Of a stretch of 64,000 nt of DNA, positions 37,315-50,313 are shown in pieces. Within the stretch, counting starts at the first letter, position 1. Each line of letters opens with the position of its first letter. The translations under genes were made by a program, and so were the position numbers. The notes under the pieces are model-generated. The model was not told the DNA's origin. It did no database searches and saw only the letters and a program-made list of their open reading frames with translations. Origin of the DNA: Sphagnum compactum (Eukaryota); contig OZ234493.1 of assembly GCA_965153455.1 (NCBI GenBank), forward strand, positions 27,580,213-27,644,212, in the 5' to 3' direction.

Positions 37315-39138
37315 TGGTTCATTTTGATGCAGCAAAAAAAAAAGGAAATCCAAAGTGAAAAAATGAAAAGACATTCCAAAAGACATGTCGATTTCGTGTA
37401 TTATAACTGAAAAGTGGAAAGCGGCGGCACTTAGAGAACGATGCAACTCTTAGGACGTATTGTCCCTAAGAAGTTAACACATGTAATTAGGTTTACTGAG
37501 ATATCATTACTTCATGCGGAATTAGAGCTAACAAGTTGGTTCTTAACCAGCTATTTCTTCAATAGGTCGCTATCACCCATTTGAACTAGTTTTGGTTCAA
37601 ACAAATCATAACCCGTTCTTCTTTCAATCAAATTGTTTGTTGTCAAACCTCTAATGTTAGACTGAACTAGTTGTTTGACAAACGGGTTGCCAAAATGAAT
37701 AATCTCAACCGATTCCTCATTTGATAGGTTATCGGAGTGGGTTTCTTTGACTTGTTGCTGGTTAGGCAAGTTACCAGAATGAATAGTCTCAACCAATTCT
37801 TCATTTGACAAGTTATTAGAGTGGGTTTCTTCAACCTATTGCTAGTTAGACAGGTTACCAGAATATTTATCTTCCATTGGTTTTTCTAATAAAAAATCAT
37901 TAGGCTTAACCAAAATAGGTTAAAATGTTTGATCTTCTATAAACCTATAGGGTTTCAATTTGTTAATGATAATTAATACCGAGTTAGGATCGAATTTATC
38001 TATCATCACTAATAGTACTGTGTTGTTTGGTAAACAATATTGGATCCTATGTGGTCTAAACCATCGTCTCTGAAACTTAAAGGTATGTGCTTTGATAGCC
38101 CCTGGAAACCATAAAACATAATCTCCAAATTGGTATTTTGTCTCAATGTACTAGTTCTAAGACCATAATGACCAGTTCCATTAGTTAGAAACTATTAGGT
38201 CCTATGCTATTAACCAGTTGTTTTGTAGTTTCTTTAGTTTTAATAGGCAACTAGTTAGAACTTTGACAAGATTTGGATCATAAATTTGCCCTAGCTTGGA
38301 TGGTAACAGGTACTCTATAGGTAATAATGGGTGTAATCTATAGACAAGTTGAAATGGAGTGTGACTGATTCTAACCTTAAAAGCAATTTTGTAAGAAAAT
38401 TGAACTATGGAAGAGTGCTCATCCTAGTCATTTCGATTTTCATTCACTAGATTCATGAATAGTGTACCAAGAACTTTGTTAATAGATTCAACTTGTCCAT
38501 TCCCATATGGATAATAGACAATAGAACTAGTATGTCTCAAGATGAAATGATTGGTTAAATAATGAATAACATTGTTAATGACATGAGTACCTTGATCTCG
38601 ACCACAATAGTAAATGGACAGCCAAACCGGGTGAAAATATGGTCATATAAGAATTTCACAGTAATAACAATTGTATTGGGATGTAAAGCTCTAGCCTCCA
38701 CCCACTTGGTAGCATAATTCATGGCAACTAAAATATACTAGTTGCTCGCATAATGATTCATCAACTTAATAGGTCCAATAAAATATAATCCCCATTTCTG
38801 GAAATGTCTTTCAAGAAGAATAGTAATCAATTTTGCCATATTTTGTGCACAAATCACAGGTCCAACAAAATTCATGAACATCATGTTCATGGTTGGCCAC
38901 CAATAATCAATATCAAGGATATTTCTCATCATGACATCTCAGGAAAAATATCTTCCACCAATTCCATTATGCAACTCTTGTAACATAGTTGGCACTTATT
39001 CAAGTTACAAAACACGACGAAACCTATTATCTTGTCCAAATCTGTAAAGTATCCCATTTTGTAACACAAATGATTTAGCTTTCGGAGCTAAATATTGTTG
39101 TTGTGAAGTTGTAAATCTTTTTGGCATCATTCCTTCTG

Positions 39139-42057
39139 CATTAGAAGAAAAACACTTATTTTCAACTAGTCTTTGCAATTAAATTTTAGTTGCAAATGGC
39201 ATTTGCGACTAAAATCCCTTTAGTCATCTTGGACAAATTGCATGCAATATTAGTTACAAATGACAAGGGGTATTGCATGAAAGAAAAAGTCAACAAATAT
39301 AAGTTCATCTTTTGATTCCATTATATACATATTGTCACATGTGACTAAGATGTGATTATTTTAATCATTATTGAGGGCAAATAATGTGTTGCCACGTGTT
39401 CCAATATTTATTATTTAAAACTATTATTAGTATCATTATTTTGAAATAATTTGGGATGTTCAATTCACATGCTTGGATGATTTATATTATGACACATGGC
39501 ATTTGAAAATGAATTTAATACAAATACTAATATTAAGTTGGTAGGTACCTAGGTAGGCACATAAGTAGGTGCCTACAAACTTAAGTTAAGTACCTATTTA
39601 CTTACTTGGGTAAAAAGGTAAAAAGGTAGGTCCTACCTTCCTAGGCTAAATACCTACTCATATAGTAAGTATTTAGGTGAGTAGGTACATAGGTCAACCT
39701 AAGTGAGCAGGTAAAACTAGACACCTATTTAATTAGGTAGATAAATAGGTTGGGAAGGTAGGTAGTTTAAAATTGTGCACAATTTTTCTTTTTGTCTTGA
39801 GTTAAACCTTTTGAATGGTTCATCCCATGTGCACACATTTTTTAATGTGAAATTAGATGACCATACCTTTTGTTTTTATATTGTTCAAACTAAGAATGGA
39901 AGATAAACAGAATGGGATAAGTTTTGAAGTTGCAATTTCTTCACAAATCAAGTTGCAACTTCAAAACATTTCTCATGCCTTTTTTTCTTAGTTTTAGAAT
40001 TATAAACAATTCCAATACATGGCTCACTAGATAATTAAATAAATATATTATTAATAATGATTAAATTTAACATATATTTAAAATATACACTATACAGTAC
40101 AAATATTAAGTATTCATCATCAACTATTTAAATAACTAATAATTTCTTAATATTTAACTAACAAGATAGTTACTAATATTTAACCAATTAATTATCTACT
40201 TATTCACAACTTGTTAATACATAACTCATAAATAAACAAATAACTAAAATATTTCTTTAATTTAAAAAATCTGGTTAAATTATAAATAATACAATTAATG
40301 TAACAATAATTTAATTGTTGTACTAAAAACATAACTATTATAAATTTATTTTCAAATTAAAAATAATGAACTAATAAATGCTATTAAAAAGTAAATTCCT
40401 ACACAAATTATTTATTTTAAAAGTGACATTAAACTAATTACTATAATTACTATAGAATTACATTTATTATTGTAATTTTTTATTGGTCAAATAATATTTT
40501 TTATTGGTAATTAATAATTATAAATACAATAATCTGCTGCATACATTAATATTTTTTAATTATTGTAATATTACTATAAAAAATTTAATCATAAATAAGT
40601 AGTTATAAAATTTTGGTTTTTCAAAAATTATTGTATAATAATTTCTACAATTACAATCATTCCAATAATTATTTTAACTACATTATAATTTTTCCAAAAT
40701 TTTTAATTCAGATTGAAATTATAGAATAATTACGTTCAATTGAGAATAATTATGAAATTACTAGAATTAAATTTAACCTAAAATAATTACAATGATTTGA
40801 AAGTAATGTAACATTAATCACAATAATTGATTAATTTTACTGTAATAATATAATAATATAATATAAAAAGCTATGTTGTAACAATAACTATTTAGTGTAA
40901 CTTATAATTAATAAATATAACATTTATAAGTAATTATAAAAGTGATATATTATTGGAAAATAGTTGCAAGAAATAAATATTGTATTTTATTAAATTAGAA
41001 TCCATGTAGTTATGGTCATAACATTAATTGTTTTAATCAAATTATGATTATTCTAGAAAATTAAATAAAAATCATATATAATAATAATAATAATAATAAA
41101 TTCTAATTATAAACTAATTATGCAAGTATTGTAATTCTAACGTACAAATAAATTAAGTAATTACAATTATTTTACAATGAGTTCATGTTATTACAGAATA
41201 ATTATAATTTTTTTTTAATATCAACAATTTATTATAGATACAATAGTTATTTTTTATGATTGGGGACTATCATTTTAACTAATGTGAAAATTTATGTTGT
41301 TATATCATTTATTCATTTAAATAAGCAATAATAATTCATAAAAAATATATTTATTATAATTATTTTAAAAAATTTATAAAATTATTCTAAACTTTTATGA
41401 CGTAGTAACAATTATGTATTGTAAGTACATAATTAAATATTCTAGCATACTTGAATGTAATTCCTACAATTATAAAAAATAAATTAATTCATTTAATTAT
41501 AGTGGAAATATAATTAAGCTGAATTATAAATCATGTGTCTATTATAATAAATATACTTTAAATATAATAATTGAATTGTTATTGAAAAATATAAAAATAT
41601 ATAGTATAATAGTCTATGTTGTAATATATTTAATTTATTTGAAAGTATAAGTGATTTAATGTAATGAAATTAGTACAATTATAATAATCATATCAATGAC
41701 TCTAATTACAATAAAAGTACTATGAATTTTTTGAATATTAATTGAAATATAAATTAAAAGTTTATGAATATTAAATTTAATCATAAATCAAATAATTATC
41801 ATGATTGATGTATAGATACATATGTCGATTATGACTAATGGGACTTTAGTATGGTTAGTCTTGAATGATATATCCAACCCATATATAGATGTAAACCAAT
41901 TTAATCATAAATTAGTCACAAGCTAGTTGTAGGTGACTTGGTTGTTGTCAGCACGATGTCACATTAGTCGTAAAGGGCAAAAGTTTAGTTGCAAAAACCA
42001 AATAGTCACAGGTGGTTGTAAATGCATTGATCACATATTGACCTTTTTCTTCTAGTG
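39139..42057. mobile_element. Non-autonomous CACTA (En/Spm) element inserted in Gypsy pol, between RNase H and integrase
   Basis: TIRs cattagaagaaaaa / tttttcttctagtg (= CACTAGAAGAAAAA), 3-bp TSD ctg/cta, subterminal gttgcaa/tagtc repeats, extremely AT-rich non-coding interior. Removing it rejoins pol as ..YDYLL|EGMMPKRFT... Confidence 0.9.
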
Positions 42058-45000
42058 CTAACAAGTAATCATAAACACTTTGTCACCACTTTGGCTATAA
42101 AATGAAAAGGTGAGATCAATGGTCTGATCAGGTACACCAATTGGTTTTGCTTGATTGGGCAATCTACTTAATGCATCTACCATCAAATGGGATCTACTAG
42201 GCTTATTAACAATTTTGAAGTCATAGTCCAAAAATAACAATAACCACTTGGCTATTCTGCCAGAAACTTGTGACTTATTAACCAGGTACATTAAGGCCAT
42301 GTGGTCAACATAAAATACAAACTGGTTACCCAACAAGTAATGTCTGAATTTGTGTAAGGCATAGACCATAGCTAAAACTTCCCTCTTAGTAATAGTATAG
42401 TTTCATTCAGCTCAGTTTAACAATCTAGAAGCATACATAACTAGTTGATCAAACTTATCAGTCGGGTTCTATGTTAGTATGGCTCCTACTATTAACTGAG
42501 ATGCATCTATATGAACATGAAACTCAAGCTCCCAAATTGGGTTGATCAAAATAGGGGCTTATATATACCGTTTCTTAATCTCCTCCCAAACATTTTGGCA
42601 TTCTTCAATCCATTCAAAGACTTCAAACCTTCTGAACAGCTTAGTGATAGGTGACATGATTGAAGCAAAGGTTTTTTATAAAACACCTATAAAACTGGGC
42701 CATCTCGTAAAAAACTTGGATCTCTTGGGGGGTAGTAAGTGCTGGCATGCTTATTGAGGTTTCAACCTTCTTAAGATCCATGATTTTGCCTTCTTTAGAC
42801 ACTATGAAACCTACGATGGTTCTTGAAAACACCATGAATGCACATTTTTCTAGGTTCAGACTCATACCAAACTTTTTACACTAAAAAAAACATTTTTTTA
42901 GCTTTTCAAGTTGAGTTAACAAGTCATTGAAAATTGTGAAATCATCAAGAAATATCTTCATGAATACACCAATTGTGTTAATGACCTGGTATGTGAATGG
43001 TAATAAGTAAGGGTCCTTCTCTGTTGTTGCATTGAGTTTCCTAAAATCAACACAGATCCTCAACTTCCCATTTTTCTTAGGAAGAACCACTATTGGAGAT
43101 AGCTAGGTTGCTTCTTCAACCGGTTTGATAAGACCAATAGTAAGTAACTTATCTATATCTTGCTTGACATACATATTTGAACTCCTTTAGAAGCTCAATT
43201 AGTTGATTTGTGACAATTGGTTCAAGTGCAAAGTTCATTTTCACCTGTTGCACATTATCTTTGGTAACCATTTTGACTTTGGTTAACTATTCTTCCTCAG
43301 TAATTGCCTAACTTGCTATAGTTAAATCTTGTACTCGCTTCCAAGCAAATGTTTCATCAACAATCATCTCTCCAACCTCTGGATGAAAGAAAGTTTCAGG
43401 TTAGTGTTGTTTGACAATTTTAAGTGATATAGCTAATTTCACATCTAGTACACCTATCGATTTAACAAATTGTTTTAGAACCTCTATTGTGACAATATTT
43501 GGTATATAATTGTTGTAGGAACAGGTTCAATATGAGTAGGTATTGCAATGGTTCATATTGCAAATAGGTCTAAGTTTGTGGCAAACATCACGTCCTTTTC
43601 ATCATCAAATATTCCAAAATGGAAATCATAACAAACTAAGACTTCTGGTCTATTGGTTTGAACACCAAGTTTTTTGGTAACATGTATGGTTCTTACTGTA
43701 CTAGTTCCTTGTATGGTAACAATAATAGTTCCCCAATCGTGGGATACTTTTGCATCTTTCAACCATGGGCGTCCTAATAACAATGAGTAACTATAATCTA
43801 GTACATTGCTATGGATGATAGTAAATGTAACTGTATAAAGAATTCCATGAACAAATATCTTCAAATCTTTAATAAGACCAAGTAACTTGGCAATGGTTTG
43901 ATCTACCATACGAAATTTTAAGGCACTAGATTGGGTTTTTATGGACTTGATTGTATTCCCAAATTCTTAGTATTGATGTTTACTCCAAACCCCCCATCAA
44001 TTAGCACACCATCAATAAAGTTCTTACCAACCTGGACTTGAATCACAGCCATCTGATGAGCAATAACCACTGCTGCATAGGTATGTACAGGTTGAATAGG
44101 TTTAGGTTGGACCGGTTGAACAGACTTGACTGGTTTAAAAATGTATCGTTTGATGTTTGGCACAATCTTCAAAATTTGTCCCAAGTTGATAACATATTTA
44201 GTCTCCAGAACTTGAGTACTAATGTCTTTCAAAATTTCTTCCACACTCTTCTCTAGTGTTATTGTTTGTGAAGTTAACTAAACAGGTTGTTTATTTGTAA
44301 CTGGTTTATTTATTGGTTATGGTAAACGAGCCCAATTCAAATGAAATGATCCATTTAAATTGACAGATGCTTGTGATGTTAAATCACTTCCTTATAATTC
44401 CCTAATAGTATGAACAAAGGAATCATGTAGTTGTTCTTCTGTTTGCTAATCAACTGTTGCTTTTGCCCTCATCAATTCATGTTCTCCAATAACTTGTTGC
44501 TCCGGTACTTGGCTACGTGTCATGGCAACAACAACTACATTGATTGATACATTATCAAGTTTAGGGTTTTTTGCTACTATAGTGGCGGTAGTGGTTGGCT
44601 TAGTTCAGAATATGTTCTGAACTTTTGCCTTTTTAGGAGAATCATGTGCACAATGTTCAGAGTTTAAATAGATATACAAGGATATTTAATGGCACTTTAG
44701 TTGGTTTGACAAGTTGTGAAGTCATTTCAACCACCTGTTCAAAAACTTAAGTGCCGGTTTTTCTCTCTTCCTATTATGACAGGTTTCTTTCACATGACCT
44801 GTTTTCCATTGTTTAAACAAGTTAAATATTGCCTAGTAGTTGTGTAAGTGACTATGGGTTTGGATTCTAGTTGAGTTATCAAAGCATTGTAATTTGTAAT
44901 AACTAGTCCATTTTCCTCACAAATCACTATAGTTTCCTTATGTTTGATCAAAGTATCTCTTGTCATACCTATTGTTACTAACCTAAAGTAGGGTTGTAAA

Positions 45001-45271
45001 CATACTTTGAAAATAGTAGTAAGGAAACCATCAATAACTTTCACTTGTGAACAATTAACTAATTTGAGCAAATGTTCGTAGTAAATTTATACCCATTCAC
45101 CAACTTGTTGTTGAGATTTTTCAACTGCATATAGATTTTTTCGTCATTCTTCACAGTTCGAAAACGTTTGTAAAATGTTTGTTCCATCTCATCAAATGTG
45201 TAGTTAGGACGATCTTGTACAAAGTTCTCACCCCACTCTGAAATGATGTCTCGTAAAGTAAAACTAAACAA

Positions 45272-47821
45272 CACTAATAGAAAATGGCCATTTTGCGACT
45301 GGTCCATGTGACTAATTTTTAGTTGCAAGCGACATTTGCAACTAAACTTTTAATAGTCGCGTTGGACAAGTCGCATTGACACTAGTTGCAAACGACAATG
45401 AATTTTGGATGAAAAGAAAAGTCAACAAAATACGCTTTTATCCTATGACTAGTCATATACGTATTGTCGTTTGCAACTAAGATGTGACTTTATTGGTGAA
45501 CAATGGGAACAAGTTATGTGTTGCCACGTGTCCCAATTCATAATAATTGAAAATATTTTATTATTATTTTGAAATAATCTAAGAGGTTTAATTTTTATGT
45601 TTGGATGGTTTAGATTGTGACATGTGGTGCAATAAAAATTTGCCACGTGGCATATTAATTGATATTTTCCAATTAAATTTAAATCAATATTTAGGTATGC
45701 AGGTTGCATTAAGTACCTACCTATAGACCTACCTACCCATTTAGGCTAAACACCTATCTAGATAGGACCTATTTACCTACCTAGGCCAAATACCTACTTA
45801 GGTAAGTAGGTAGGTAGAAAAATAGGTAGGCAAGTTAGGGAAGTACGTAGTTAGGTGTAAATACATGAATATTTATATTTTACTTTGGGTCAAGTCATAT
45901 TTAATGACTCGTCCCATATGCCCATTTATTTTCATATAGTTATCATTCCCATCTTGAAAAGTATATAATTAAGTAAATAAGTGACACCTAACTAGTTAAC
46001 TAATTAACTAATATATTTATTAATTATTTAACGAATGAAATATAAAAAAATAAATTAATAAACTTGCTAATTAATTAATTAACAACTAAATTAGAAACTA
46101 ACTAATCATTTATAGTAATAATAATCAATATCTTATTATTACTGAATTTATTATATTATTATTAAATATTAATTAATTAATTGGTTAGATAAACCATAAT
46201 ATTATATTAACTATAATAATCTATCAACCAATTTAATTAACTAATAATTGGCTAATATTGAAATATTTAACTAATTATTACTAAGTAATAAATTATTATT
46301 TCGTAACCAAATAAATTAATATAATAACTGAAATATTCAGTATTTAATTATTAATAACTATAAATTATAAATATTGGCTATTAGGTTTCTCATATTTAAT
46401 AATATAATTAAAACTTTAGCCTAGGCTAACTATTTTATTATAATTACTCCCATTATTATTTTCATTTACATAGTTAATAGTAAATGTATAAGTAAATATT
46501 TAATAGTAAAAATATCATTAATTCAATTATAATTGTAGCTAGTTGGTAGCCAAGGTTAACTATTTTATTATTATTATTCATATTATTAATTCACTCATTA
46601 ATTGATTTATGAAATATTACAATAAATATTATATATTTTTAATAATTATATTTTTCCTTCTAAAATAATTTCTGCATTTGTATAATAATTCATTAGATTT
46701 CCATTCTAACTAATACAGTAATTATTATAAAATATAAAATAATAGAACTGAAAATTAGAAATATATATTAATAAATGATTATAATCATTGACTTATTAAT
46801 AATTAATAAATATCAACTATAAATTTTAAATACAAAAATGTAAAACTATATATATATTTCTTAATAATTATTATATTAATCTAATAATATTTCATAATTG
46901 ATTACTTATAATAATAATAACAATAATGTAATTTGTCACTAGCCTAGGTTAGCTATTTTATTACTATTATATTTATTACTATCATATGTCACTTGTTAGA
47001 CTATTATGATTTACTATAATTAAGTTTTCATTTTTTTAAAAAAAAAAATAAAATCGTAATAAATACATTAGTCATTTGAAAAAAATTTAATAGTAATTTA
47101 ATAATATATTAAATTTTTTTACTTACTTCAATAATTATAAAATTATTTTTCTTATCTTTCTAATATCATCATCATTATGATCATTATGTAACAAGATATT
47201 ACTACTTTTAAATTTTAGTTAAAGATAATATTTAAATTTAGTTTTTATTACATGTAATTAATATAAATATGTAAATAATATTAATAAAAATAATAATAAA
47301 TGTCATTTTAAATAATTTTAAGAAGTATAATAAAATGGTTTGGATAAACTTATAATATGGGCACAATATATTTAACAAATATCTTATGTATAATTTTGAT
47401 ATGTTCAAAATATATACCATTTAATGTAACCATAATATCAAGGCCATTTATGATAATAATAATATTTGAATACACATCTAAATGGTTGTTTATATACATT
47501 CAAATTATACATTCATAAATACTAATACACCGAACTATATTTTTTAAAATTCACAAAATATACCTTTATATACTTATAAGGTTACAACTAAGTTGGTCAC
47601 ATTTGCAACTAATGGGACATAAATTTTGGATGAAAACTTAACTAAATGTTGTTCACATGGAAGGATGAACACCAAACTAGTTGCAAACTAGTTGCACTAT
47701 AGTTGCAAATATGACCAACACAAGAAATAGTTGCAAACATGTCCAAATGTAGTTGCAAATAACTGATAGTCGCATGTAGTCGCAAAGAGATTGGTTACAT
47801 TTTAGCCAATTTCTACTAGTG
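45272..47821. mobile_element. Non-autonomous CACTA element inserted in Gypsy gag
   Basis: TIRs cactaatagaaa / tttctactagtg, perfect 3-bp TSD caa/caa, subterminal gttgcaa/agtcgc repeats. Removing it rejoins gag as ..ADLINL|FSFTLRD... Confidence 0.92.
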
Positions 47822-49725
47822 CAAGTTGATGAGATCCGCCTCCATAGTCTCACCATTAGCTTGGATTGCTTTTTTGAAACTCTAATGTGAGCATCAGGAT
47901 CAGTATCCTTCACATATGTGGGATATTGAAGCTTATGATATGGCGATTTATATGTTGGTTCGGATTGAACTAAAACCAGTTGATACCATGGTGTCAAAAA
48001 TATCCTTAGATCAAGTGCTTGCCATCCATAAGATCCAACATGTGGATTAGGTGGCGGTCTTCTAGGTGGGTCTTGATCAAGTGATCTTCCTCCTGGTGAT
48101 CCTCTATTAGGCGAACCTCCAAGCGATTCTCCACAAAATTGTGGATATGAATTAGCCCTTCTGGGCTCTTGGATAGAAACACCATTACCCTAGACAAGTA
48201 GTCTAGTGGTAACATATATATTAACAGGTAGAGCTGTTGTCGTTGTTTGTTGAACAAATACACCTTTCGTGACAAAAACGAGTTGTTTTAGTCCAGAAAT
48301 TGGAATTTTGGCAAGATATTGGTTTTGCACCAATTACTCAACAGGTGGCACTGGTTCTGGTTGAATAACATCAACTGCATCTCCTTTCGTTCGCTTAAAA
48401 ATCAATGGATCAGGTCCCTTAATTTTCAAATAATACATTGGGTACATGTTAGGATCCATAAGTACAAAAGATGGAACTATATTATACCACATTGGGTATG
48501 GTACAATTCTAGGTTGCCTTGTTATCAATGGTGTAACAGGTTATGGCCAACCTAAATGTTGATTAATCGATATTGGGTTGCTAACCAAATTCAGTTGTAC
48601 CTGGGTTTGTTATAAAGGTACACCAACATGTGTCACTAGTGTGTTCAATACTACAGACTGTAAAGAAGTTGTGAATTATTTTCTCATCAATCTCTTCAAT
48701 TTATCATCCACAAATGGACAATTCTTGAACTTATATCCAACTTGTTGACAATGTGCATAAGTTAATGCAACTTCAATAGTGGGTTGGGTGGTTGTAACTA
48801 GTATACCTCGTTGAACAAATAGTTGTTCAACAATTTGCATGACAGGTACATACCACCAAACAATTTGATGAAGTGGTTGTGTTTGTTGAACAATCAATAA
48901 GGGCCACAACTGCTTCCACCAATTTTATAAGATATTGAAAATTCAATCTATGTGAAGGTCTTCACTCCAAGTTACGTAATTGTTCCAACCAGGTTACAAG
49001 TTGGTTGCACTCTAATTATGAATCTATTGCAATTAAATTCAAAACCAAAACCGATTCAAATGTATAATAACCAACAACTAGTGCTAATCGAAAAGGCATA
49101 GTTGCTCTGGGAATGTAGTAACTGGGTGTTGCAGATTGCCATCTCTACCCTATAGAGGCTACCTCATCAACATGTCAAATAGGTTCAGTGTTTTGTCCAC
49201 CTAGTTGTGCATTCGACCTCCATTGTTGGGATGATTACTAGGGTGTCAAAAATCAACAATTTGAAGGTACTTGTGGTTCCCTTCTTTCCTCTTACTCTGT
49301 GAGTATCTGGTGGAAAGGTACTTCTGTCGTAACAGGTTGTTGAGGCTCATTGTTGGGAGCTTCAACCGGTTGTACTCCCTTGATTTGAAATTGTGGTTGT
49401 TCTTGTGGTTGAATTGCCTCATGAATAGGTTGTTGTGGCACTTTTAATTCTAATTGCCTTCTAAGGCCCCTTGTGATTATTCTTGACATCTTACAAAAAT
49501 CATTAATTCGAAATTTTTTTGGGTCAATAGGTTGTTAAGGAAATTATCAAAAATCAACATGTAAATCCAAAGAAATTATTGATTATTGGTTTGTAAAGAA
49601 AAACAAAAAATATGAACAAAAAATATAATCTTAAAAAACTTTTAAAGATTAATACAAATCCAAACCTAGAAATATTAAAACAAAATTAAAACCACAAAAC
49701 ATAAACTTTTTGTTTACAATTTCGT

Positions 49726-49743
49726 TCCCCAACATGGTCGCCA
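49726..49743 (-). other. Gypsy primer-binding site
   Basis: Minus strand tggcgaccatgttgggga, 2 nt after the 5' LTR. Resembles the TGGCGAC.. (tRNA-Arg-type) PBS of non-chromovirus Gypsy lineages. Confidence 0.75.
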
Positions 49744-49745
49744 AA

Positions 49746-50313
49746 TGTTAAAGGTGTTTTCTGTCCCTTTTTAGTTTCAACATTTTCTCTTCAAATTTTT
49801 AATTCTAGTTTTTTGAAATTATTAATAAATTGCTCCAAATTTGAATATTAAAACATAAAGAAGCATGGTGGTTTCTTGCTTATTCATTAAAAACAACATT
49901 TTTCAAGCTTGCATTCTTAAAACAAAAAAGGAAAAGCTTCACAAGAAAATAAGATGAAACATGATGCATAATTCAAAAACTCTTCAAGAATTAAATTTTT
50001 TTTGAAAAGATGAAGATCCTATTCTATCTCCAAATCCTCCAGTTATACCAACTCATAGTGTTGTTTGTAATTTAAATAGTCACTAGCTAATACAACTTCA
50101 AAATCAAAATAACAAGTTACTGGTCACAAGTTCAAATTCACTTGTTTTGTTAATCAACTGGTTATGGTAACAGACTAGTTATTAGTCTTATAACAGATCG
50201 ATTAACTTAAAACTTGTTAACAAAAAACTAAAATAACTTTAGGTCATATTGCCTCACTGGTTACTAATTGAGTAAACTAATTACTATATACATATTAAAA
50301 AATTGGGTTAATA
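49746..50313 (-). repeat. Gypsy 5' LTR (568 bp)
   Basis: tgttaaaggtgttttc...aattgggttaata; direct repeat of 33693-34258. Confidence 0.93.

Larger units (their letters stand above)
33693..50313 (-). mobile_element. Ty3/Gypsy LTR retrotransposon (non-chromovirus-like), decayed, with an extra ORF and two nested CACTA insertions
   Basis: LTRs at 33693-34258 and 49746-50313, with TSD gtagg (33688-33692) / atagg (50314-50318). Minus-strand domain order: gag (YPTYVKDTDPDAHIRV; FSFTLRDIISEW), protease (VLIDGGFGVNI; LLLGRPWL), RT (KLRICVDFRKLN; FLDDF), RNase H (YALHKFRHYLLG; DALSRL), integrase (YWWPT; FQKWGL.FIGP), GPY/F-like region ~38000. Confidence 0.95.
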
